A DNA stretch of 64,000 nt from Anaeramoeba ignava BMAN (Eukaryota; Protista; Anaeramoebae): contig JAPDFW010000120.1 in the NCBI GenBank assembly GCA_028826165.1, positions 62,001-126,000 on the forward strand, read 5' to 3'. The stretch's first letter is position 1. Each line of letters opens with the position of its first letter. The translations under genes and the position numbers were made by a program. The notes below the pieces were generated by a model. It made no database searches and had not been told where the DNA came from. It worked only from the letters and a program-made list of their open reading frames with translations. Shown here one piece after another: positions 53,766-64,000 of this stretch.

Positions 53766-56635
53766 ATGTTTAAATTACAAAAAACAAAACAGAATTCAAT
53801 AATTTTATTAAGGTTTGTGTTTTTTAAAATAAATAAAAAATTGATTTTAAATAATTTTTTTAATTGGAAAAAAAAAGAAAATGGAAACAAGTTTTCATAA
53901 AAAAAATAAATGTTTTTCTTTTAATGGATCTTTTTAACTTAATTTTCTTTATCATAATAAGAAAAGCAAAAACAAACATACTTTATCAATATATAATTTC
54001 TTTAATAGCAAGAATTTTAACACCAATTATATTTATTTTATGGAATTCAAAAAACCGAAAAAAAGGATTCAAACTTCCAAAAAATATTTTATTAAGCAAA
54101 CAAATGATAACATTTTCTAAACAGAAATTTGTTTTCATTGTTTATTCGTTCTTTTTATCATCTTCAATTTTTACTTTAGCTTTAGTATCTATTTGTACTC
54201 AAGTAATTTTCACTTCAGCTTCATGGTCTCAAATATTCTACATTTCAAATGCAAATTTTACTGAAATTCACTTCACTCGTGTTTATTCATATTATTTTAT
54301 TGTTCTTTTTATGAGTTTAATTTATTATGCAGAAGAATATGTTCTAATTAAAAATATTTATCAACCTCTTGAAAAACTAGAACTATTTGATTCAATTTTA
54401 AAAGTTGGAAATTTGCAAAAAGGAATTCAAGCTCCTTTAGCAACTTTATTAACTTCTTTTATCAGTTCAATTTATCAAATTCCCTTTATTTACTCTCAAA
54501 TGGGAGGAATTTATCAAAATAGAATAAGTTATTTTTTAAGTTGGTTTGGAATGGAATTTTTTAGTCAAATTTTGGCTACAAAAATTTATTCAAGTACTTT
54601 GAATTTCACAATAACAGCCTTATCAAGAAGTTTAATTTCAATTTTCTTTAAAATTCCTGAATCAGTTTTGAAACAAAATAATATTTTTGTTGATTATTTT
54701 TGGATTGCTTTGACAAGTTATTTTCTTTACAAAAGACAATATTTTACTGATAAAATAGAAGATCAGGCAGAAATTAAACAAAACGAGGAAAATGAAAATC
54801 AAAATGAAAATCAAAATAAAAATCAAAATCAAAATGAAAATCAAAATGAAAATGAAAATCAAATCCAAAATCGAATTCAAAATGAAAATGATCAAACAAT
54901 TATACTAAATGATACAAAAATTGAAAATCAAATTGAAAACAATAATGAAAGTAATGATGATAATGGTAATCCACTTAGAAATAGAAATGATGATAATATA
55001 AACAATGATTTGGAATCTATTCAAAATCAAAATCAAAATCAAAATGAAAATCAAAATGAAAATCAAAATCAAAATGAAAATCAAAATCAAAATGAAAATG
55101 AAAATCAAAATGAAAACGAAAATGAAAAAAAACCTATAAATCTTAAATTTTACATTTCTAATAAGCTATTAGATGAAACAAAATTGGTGATATTTTTAAA
55201 TGTTGTTATCGTGTTCTACTGTATATTAATTTTTGGATCAATGTATGTTATTGAAAAATATCCAAATCGAAATGGGAATCTAAGTGAATGTTGTGGAAAT
55301 GATCTTAGTAGCTTTGAAAATGGAATTTTAACTATAAATAATTGTGCAGGAATTCCAATGATTAAAGTTTATGAATATTATCCAATTTTTACACAAAAAA
55401 CAATTATTTATTCAAATCCTGTTAATTTGAGTAATATTTCAATTGAAAATTACATAAGTGCTGAATGTTGGATTCCATGGGTTGGATATCAAAAGAGAAT
55501 TTATTCATATTTTAATGAAACTTTATTTGAAAGAGGAATTAAAAGAAAAGAGAAAGGATGTATTATTAATAAAAATCAAAATCAAAATCAAAATCAAAAT
55601 CAAAATGAAAATGAATATCCAAATTGCATTCCTCATCAAAATATCAAAGAACAAAAAATTCAAGAACATGAAATCAAACCAAACGTTCTATTTGTTCTTC
55701 TTGATGGAGCAAGCACATTTTCATATGAGAAAGAAATGACAAAAACAATATCAGCAATTCGAGAATTACAGGAAAATAAACAAAAAATCAAATCCTTCTT
55801 TCTTCCAGGATATAGAATAGTTGGATATCATTCATACACAAATCAATACCCAATGTTCACAGGGTTTTCTTCAAAAAGTTACGCTGTACCAGATTCCAAT
55901 TTATTTCTTTGGAACACTTATTCGAAAAAGGGATATTTCACAGCATTCATTGATCAACTTTGTTTGAATGAATATTTAGCAGCATGGCATATTCAAAACG
56001 ACATTACTCTTGACGAAATCCCGTTTGATTATAGATTTTATCGACCTTTTTGCGACCCAATTTGGAGACCTTTTCAAGACAATCATCCTCATTGTCTTTA
56101 TGGAATTTATGGGCATCAATATATTCTAAATATTACTCATGATTTACTTACTAATCCAAAATATATTGAAATTCCTAAATTTATTTTTTCCACTTTTTAC
56201 GAGTCACATGAAAAAACCCAAAAAGTACTCAGAAGTGTGGATCAAGATTTGGCAAGTTTTTTAAAGGATATCTATTCAAGAAGTGTTGGTGATTATACTA
56301 TTACTGTTATATTTTCTGATCATGGAATTCATTATGGAGATTTTCAAATGCAACAAAATAGATTTCCTGTTTTTGATATTATTTTTCCTAACAAAATTCT
56401 CAAAAAGTTCCCAGATTTGGAATCAATTTTAAAAAGGAATCAAAATAATATTTTTGGAGCTTATGATATTTATTCTAGTTTTAATCATTTGGTTAATAAT
56501 TTTGAAACTTATAATAAAAAAATTACTCATCAAAGTTTATTTGATCCAGAAATGATTCCAAATCGAAGTTGTGATGAAGTTCGTGCTTTTGATGTTTATG
56601 ATAATGATTATTTTTGTGAGAATTGGTTTAGATGA
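53766..56635 (+). CDS. Multi-pass membrane protein with C-terminal DUF229-like alkaline-phosphatase-superfamily domain, paralog 1
   Basis: Short exon 1 and one intron ending at 53877. About 7-8 hydrophobic helices, an NQ linker and a TM helix, then PNVLFVLLDGAS, GYRIVG.HSYTN, KGYFTAF, ESH, IFSDHG, AYDIY, NRSC. Confidence 0.8.
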
Positions 56636-56909
56636 AAAAAAAAAGCAAATTTTTTTTTTAATTTTAAAAAATAAAAACAAAAAAAAATTTTTTCTAATTG
56701 TTGACTTATTTTTAATTTTAAAATTAAAATTAAAATTTAAAATTAAAATTAATATTTATTTTATTTTAAATTGTTTTATTCTTTTAAGAGAATGAGTAAG
56801 AAAGTAAAAAAATTTTTTTTTTAATTTAATGTTAAAAAGAAAAAATTTTTTTTAAAACAAAAAAAGATCATTTTTTATTTTTATTTTTTTATATTAAAAA
56901 GAAATAAAA

Positions 56910-59660
56910 ATGATTTATTTAGTTAATTTTATTAAAAGTTTAAAAGAAATTTTAAAAATTGAAACAGTTTTAAAGTATGTATTTAATTTTTATTTTTAAT
57001 TTTTATTTTTATTGATCAAAAATATTAATTAAAATTAAAAAATAGAAAATGGTTAAAAGATTACTTAAACAAAATTGTTCTCCTTCTTTCATTTAATATT
57101 CTAGTTTTTATTTTCTTTTTTACAATCAAAAAAACTAATTTTGGTTTTTATCATCAATTCTTCATTTTTTTATCAACAAGATTCTTAATTCCAATCATTT
57201 TTATATTATGGGAATTAACTTCATTTAAAATTGAAAACTTTCATTTACCAAAAAATATTAAAATAAGAAGAAAAACACTTTCAATTTCAAAAAATCCTTT
57301 GTTTTATATCTTTTTCTTCTTTTTTCTCATTTCATTCCTTTTTATTTTGGTTTTATTATCAATTTCATCTCAATATTTAATAACTTCAATATTTCCTTCT
57401 CAATCTTTTTTTGCAAATGAATTTAATTCCAAAGAATTAATCAAAGGATATGGAATTTTTATAATTGTGATTTTAATAAGTTTAATTTATTATTCAGAAG
57501 AATATATTTTGATTAAAAATATTTATCAACCTCTTGAAAAATTAGAATTATTTGATTTAATTTCCAAAAAAGAATTATCGAAAAAAGGATTTCAAGCTCC
57601 TTTAGCAATTTTATTAACTGCTTTGATTAGTTCAATTTATCAAATTCCATTTATTTATTCACAAATGGGAGGAATTTATGGAAATCGAATCAATTATTTT
57701 TTCAAATGGATTGGAATGGAATTTTTTATTCAAATGTTATCAACAAAAATTTATTCAACTACTTTTAATTTTGGATTTGCAGCTTTAACAAGAAGTTTAA
57801 CTCCAATTCTTTTTAAGATTCCTGAAACAATTTTCGCAAATCAAAATTTCATTTTTAATTATATTTGGCTTTTAATAGGATATTTATTCATTTACAAAAA
57901 TCAAAATTTTGAAAAAGAAAATGAAAATGAAAGATATCAATGAAGATGGAAAAAGAAATCAAATTCAAATTCAAGTCCAAATTGAAAAAGAAAAAGAAAT
58001 TGAAATTGAAAAAGAAATTGAAAATGAAAATGAAATTCAAAATGAAATTGATAATGATAGCAATACTAGAAAAAGAAATCAAAATAATGAAAATAATAAT
58101 TTAGAAAATTCAGATTCAAATCCAAATTCAAATAACAAAACAATATCATTTAGTTTTTCTAACAAAATATTAAATGAAAAATTTATTGTTATTTTCACAC
58201 TAATTTCTATTACTTTATTTTGGATTTTGATATTTAAAACAAATCAAATTAAACCTGAAATTGAAATTGATATATGGGAGAAACCAGATGATAAAGAAAT
58301 TGGAGGATGTTATTCAAAAAATATCATGAAAATTGAAAATGATAAACTATTTTTTATAAATTGTGAAGGTTTTGCAAATTTTACAATTATTGAAGATTAT
58401 CCAGAATATAAAGAAACAAGTTATAATTATTCAAATCCATTTGATCTTGAACACATTTCAATTGAAAATCGAATTATTGGAGAATGTAGAATACCATTTA
58501 TACCAGGATATCAAAAAGAAGTTATAACATATATTCATCCTAAAATATTTGAAAGAGCAATTTCAAGAAATGAGAAAAGATGTATTATCAATCAAATTAA
58601 TCAAGAAAATGAAAATGAAAATTTGAATAAATATCCAAATTGTATTCCTCATAAATCAATCCAAAACAAAAAAATTGAAGAATATGAAATCAAACCAAAT
58701 ATTGTATTTCTTCTTTTTGATGCAGCAAGTACACCTATATATGAAAAAAGTCTAACAAAAACAATATCAACTATTGAAGAATTAGAAAATAAAAAAAAGA
58801 AAATCAAATCATTTTCATTTCCAGGATATCGAATAGTTGGATTGAATTCATATGTAAATCAACATCCAATGTATTGTGGGAAAAAACAAGAAATTATGGA
58901 ATCACCTTATTCAGATTCATTTCTTTGGAATATTTTTACAAAAAAAGGATATTTCACAACTTTTATTGATCAACTTTGTTCTGGTTATTATCAATGGGTT
59001 TGGAGAGTAGAACCTGAAATGAGCTTAGATGCTTGTCCATTTGATTATAGATTCTATCGTCATTTTTGTGGTCCTGATTGGGATGCTTTTGAAAATAATC
59101 ACCCACATTGTCTTTATGGGAATTATGGTTATCAATATAATTTAAATGCAACTTATGATTTACTCAATAATCCAAAATATATTGAAATTCCTAAATTTAT
59201 CATTTCAAATTTTTATGAATCTCATGAACCTTCTCAAAAAGTTTTCAAAACTGTTGATAAAGATGTATCAAGTTTTTTAAAGGATATCTATTCCAAAAGT
59301 ATTGGTGATTATACTATTATTGTTATACTTTCAGATCATGGACCACATTATGGATATTACAAACAATTTTATCATAAATATCCACTTTTTAATATTATTT
59401 TCCCAAACAAATTCTTTGAAAAATTTCCAAATTTAAAAACAATTTTAAAAAGAAATGAACATAATATTTTTTCAGCTTATGATATTTATTCTAGTTTTGT
59501 TCATTTAATTAATAATTTTGAAAGTTATGATAAAAAAACCACTCATCAAAGTTTATTTGATCCAGAAATGATTCCAAATCGAAGTTGTGATGAAGTTTGT
59601 TTATTAGAAAATTTTAATGAAGAAGATCATAATTATTATTGTGAAAATTGGTTTAGATAA
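56910..59660 (+). CDS. Membrane DUF229-like protein, paralog 2
   Basis: Intron 56975-57045 at the same position as in paralog 1. ORFs 57299-57943 and 57909-59660 join by removing one A near 57931. Same motifs (FDAAS, ESH, LSDHG). Confidence 0.8.
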
Positions 59661-59751
59661 AAGAAAAAAAAGAAAGAATGAATGTTTCCTAATTTTGTTT
59701 TAAAATTGAAAATATTTTTTTTCATTTTTTTCATTTTTTTCTTTTTTAAAA

Positions 59752-61519
59752 ATGAATGAAATTTTATTTTTTGGTCAAAATCAATTTCCAAAACTTATCA
59801 AAAAAAAAACAAATAAAATAACAAAATCCAATTCAATTTAAATTTGAAAATGAAAATGAAAATAAAAAACAAATTAAACAAATTTCATCAGGTTATTTCT
59901 GAACAATTTTCCTTTTTAAAAATGGAAAAGCAATAGAATATTTAAATGAAAAATATTTACCTGATTCAAAACAAAATCCTTCAAAAATCCAAATTGAAGA
60001 AAATATTCAAAAAGTAACTGTTGGTTCTTTAAATGAAGCTATTTTAACAATAGAAGGAAATGTAAATGCCAAAGGAGAAGATATCAGTTCAGAAAATCCA
60101 AATGAATTTATCAATATTTCATCATTAATTGAAGATACAAATGATAGAGTAATTCAAGATATTGTTTCTGGTGCTTATTCAATTTACTTATTAACTTCAA
60201 ATCAAAATGTTTATGGAATTGGTTCAAATCATTATGGTGAACTTGGTTTTGATTCTGAAGCACTTGAAAAAACAGAAAAACCAATTTTAATGATGAAAAA
60301 TGTTTCTAAAATATTTTCAGGAATTGATTCATATTCTGTTTTTCTTTTAAATTCAAATCATGAATTATTTTGTTGTGGATATAATGGACATGGTCGACTT
60401 GGATTAGGAGAATCAAGAAAAGAAGAAACAAAAATCCAAAAATTAACCAAAATCCAAAATATTCCAAAAGGCAAAATAATTGATATTCAATGTGGATTTT
60501 ATTATTCAATAATGTTGATTGAACAAGAAGATGAAAATCCAAAAAGAAAACTTTATTCATGTGGGAGATATAGATTCAATGGACTTGGCAAAAATAAAAA
60601 TACTTATGAATTTACTGAAATCAAATTATTTTTATTTGAAAATGATAATATTCTTGATTTTTCTTGTGGAGGTTATCATACTTTGATTTTAACTTCCAAA
60701 GGTAAATTGATAGGATTTGGAAATAATAATTTTGCTCAATTGGGACATCAATCTACAAAATTTAACCCAATTCCAACTCAATTTGAACTTCCTAAATTAA
60801 GATTTAATGAAAATATTTCTAATTATCATATTTCTTGTGGAATGTTTAAATCATTTCTTTATTATTCTCCTTCTTTTTCCAATCTTGAAGAAGATTTGAT
60901 AAAATTATTTAGAAGAAAAGAATTTTGTGATATTTCATTTAAAACCGAAAATGGAGAAATAATCAAAGCTCATAAATTAATATTGAAATATAGATTAAAT
61001 CAAAATCAAAATGAAATTGAAATTGAAAAACTTCAAAAAATTATTTCAAATAAATCAATTAAAGAATCAATTCAAATATTTGAAATGATTTATTCAAATA
61101 ATTCCAATATAAATCCAAAATTATATTATGAAATTAAAGAAATTATAAATCCAAATGAAAGAATAGAAGAAACAATGAAAAGAATTTATTTAAATGAAAA
61201 TGAAAAAGATTTTATAATTGAAAGAAAAGAAAAACAATATAAATTTCCTAAATTAATATTAATAATGAGAAGTGAATTATATCGAGGGATGTTTTTATCT
61301 GTAACAGAAGATAAATCAAATAAAGTTACAGATTATAGTGAATTAAGTAATAAATCATTTCAAATATTTGAATATTGGATTTATTCAAATCAAATTAAAG
61401 ATGAAATTCAAATTACACAAGAAATAATTGATGAACTTAAAATTGGAATTGATTATTTTCAATTAAATCAAACAAATCCAAATTTATTTGATTTATTAAT
61501 TAACAAATTTAATTATTAA
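59752..61519 (+). CDS. RCC1-repeat plus tandem BTB protein, copy 1 (5' lesions: consensus error or pseudogene)
   Basis: Colinear with copy 2 from ATG 59752. Extra A near 59824 and an in-frame TGA at 59900. GSNHYGELG, CGGYHTLILT, FCDISF...AHKLIL, RSELYRGMFL. Confidence 0.85.
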
Positions 61520-62000
61520 AATTAAAATTAAAATTAAAATTAAAATCAAAATTAAATCAAAATTCATAAATAAAATTAAATTTAAAATTAAAATTAAAAT
61601 TAAAATTCATAAATAAAATTAAAATTAAAATTAAAATTAAAATTAAAATTAAAATTAAAATTAAAAATTAAAATTAAAATTAAAATTAAAATTAAAATTA
61701 AAATTACAATTAATATTAAAATCAAAATTCTGAATTAAAATTAAAACTAAAATTAAAATCAAAATTAAAATCAAAATTTAAATTAAATTTAAAATTAAAA
61801 TTAAAATTAAAATTAAAATTAAAATTAAAATTAAAATTAAAATTAAAATTAAAATTAAAATTATAATCAAAATTAAAATCAAAATTAAAATTCATAAATA
61901 AAATTAAATTCAAAATTAAAATTAAAATTTAAATTAAAATTAAAATTAAAATTAAAATTAAAATTAAAATTAAATTCAAAATTAAAATTAAATTCAAAAT
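61520..62000. repeat. (AAAATT)n spacer between the RCC1-BTB copies; a similar array runs 63816-64000
   Basis: Begins right at each stop codon. Confidence 0.95.
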
Positions 62001-62038
62001 TAGAATTTCATTTTTTTCATTTTTTTTCTTTTTTAAAA

Positions 62039-63815
62039 ATGAATGAAATTTTATTTTTTGGTGAAAATCAATTTCCAAAACTTATCAAAAAAAAAACAAA
62101 TAAAATAACAAATCCAATTCAATTTAAATTTGAAAATGAAAATGAAAATAAAAATAAAAAACAAATTAAACAAATTTCATCAGGAAGTTATGCAACAATT
62201 TTCCTTTTTAAAAATGGAAAAGCAATAGAATATTTAAACAAAGATGATTCAAATCAAAATCCTGAAAAAATCCAAATTGAAGAAAATATTCAAAAAGTAA
62301 CTGTTGGTTCTTTAAATGAAGCTATTTTAACAAAAGAAGGAAATATATTTGCAAAAGGGGAAAATATTAATCCAGAAAATCCATATGAATTTATCAATAT
62401 TTCATCATTAATTGAAGATACAAATGATAGAATAATTCAAGATATTGTTTCTGGTGCTTATTCAATTTACTTATTAACTACAAATAAAAATGTTTATGGA
62501 ATTGGTTCAAATCATTATGGTCAACTTGGTTTTGATTCTAAAACACTTGAAAAAACAGAAGAACCAATTTTGATGATGAAAAATGTTTCTAAAATATTTT
62601 CAGAAATTGATTCAAATTCTGTTTTTCTTTTAAATTCAAATCAAGAATTATTTGGATGTGGTTCTAATTCACGTGGTCAACTTGGATTAGGAGAATCAAG
62701 AAAAAAAGAAAAAAAAATCCAAAAATTAACCAAAATCCAAAATATTCCAAAAGGCAAAATAATTGATATTAAATGTGGTTTCATTCATTCAATAATGTTG
62801 ATTGAACAAGAAAATCAAAATCCAAAAAGAAAACTTTATTCATGTGGGAATTATCAATTTAATGGACTTGGCAAAAATAAAAATACTTATGAATTTACTG
62901 AAATCAAATCATCTTTATTTAAAAATGATGATAATATTCTTGAAATTTCTGTTGGAAGTTATCATACTTTGATTTTAACTTCCAAAGGGAAACTGATAGG
63001 ATTTGGAAATAATGATTATGCTCAATTAGGAACTTCTTATACAAAATTTAAACCAATTCCAACTCAAATTAAACTTCCTAAATTAAGATTTAATGAAGAT
63101 ATTTCCAATTATCATATTTCTTGTGGAATGTTTAATTCATTTCTTTATTATTATCCTCTTTCTTTTTCCAATCTTGAAGAAGATTTGATAAAATTATTTA
63201 GAAGAAAAGAATTTTGTGATATTTCATTTAAAACAAAAAATGGAGAAATAATCAGAAGCTCATAAATTAATATTGAAATATAGATTAAATCAAAATCAAA
63301 TTGAAATTGAAATTGAAAAACTTAAAGAAATTATTTCAAATAAATCAATTAAAGAATCAAATCAAATATTTGAAATGATTTATTCAAATAATTCCAATAT
63401 AAATCCAAAATTATATTCTGAAATTAAAGAAATTATAAATCCAAATGAAAAAATTGAAGAAACAATGAAAAGAATTTATTTAAATGAAAATGAAAATGAA
63501 AAAGATTTTATAATTGAAAGAAAAGAAAAACAATATAAATTTCCTAAATTAATATTAATAATGAGAAGTGAATTATATCGAGGGATGTTTTTATCTGTAA
63601 CTGAAGATAAATCAAATAAAGTTACAGATTATAGTGAATTAAGTAATAAATCATTTCAAATATTTGAATATTGGATTTATTCAAATCAAATTAAAGATGA
63701 AATTCAAATTACACAAGAAATCATTGATGAACTTCAAATTGGAATTGATTATTTTCAATTAAATCAAACAAATCCAAATTTATTTGATTTATTAATTAAG
63801 AAATTTAATTATTAA
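62039..63815 (+). CDS. RCC1-repeat plus tandem BTB protein, copy 2
   Basis: ORFs 62039-63265 and 63273-63815 join by removing one G near 63255 (ATCAGAAGCT here versus ATCAAAGCT in copy 1). Intronless. Confidence 0.88.
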
Positions 63816-64000
63816 AATTAAAATTAAAATTAAAATCAAAATTAAAATTAAAATTAAAATTAAAATTAAAATTAAAATCAAATTAAAATTCAAAATTAAA
63901 ATTAAAATTAAAATTAAAATCAAAATCAAAATTAAAATTAAAATTTAAATTAAAATTAAAATTAAAATTAAAATTAAAATCAAAATTAAAATTAAAATTA

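Noticed and set aside
59900-59902. In-frame TGA as selenocysteine or codon reassignment
   Set aside because: The paralog has Ala, not Cys or Trp, at this site. TGA ends other genes here (13849, 20824, 56635), I saw no SECIS, and compensating homopolymer errors (TAT TCT GAA) would explain it.

Overview
This is eukaryotic nuclear DNA from an extremely AT-rich, gene-dense protist genome. It uses the standard genetic code and GT-AG spliceosomal introns. The archaeal-type AlaRS, Inr-like TCATT clusters, N/Q tracts and RCC1-BTB expansion suggest an anaerobic metamonad such as Anaeramoeba; that is an inference I cannot confirm. About 22 protein genes can be rebuilt by manual splicing, in this order: RasGEF (3' end), tandem-PH/coiled-coil protein, Rab1-like GTPase, VAMP7, coiled-coil protein, PAQR, Rab-GDI, Rho, N/Q-rich double-PAH protein, double HMG-box protein, AP-3 beta, a small N/Q-rich gene not resolved by the ORF track, SGNH hydrolase, archaeal-type AlaRS, a ~2000-aa CH plus multi-PH-like protein, ankyrin-BTB, UBC13, ubiquilin, two membrane CPBP-like/DUF229 paralogs and two RCC1-BTB paralogs. 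Most LKLK/ILIL/FNFN ORFs in the track are spurious translations of tandem repeats that fill introns and post-stop regions. The best leads are: (1) a modular adaptor family with one conserved tandem-BTB tail carrying either ankyrin or variable RCC1 heads; (2) a degenerate CPBP-like membrane domain fused to an alkaline-phosphatase-superfamily domain; (3) a giant CH plus ~10 PH-like-module protein; and (4) repeat arrays confined to transcribed DNA that appear seeded from local sequence. About ten single-base frameshifts are most likely consensus errors.
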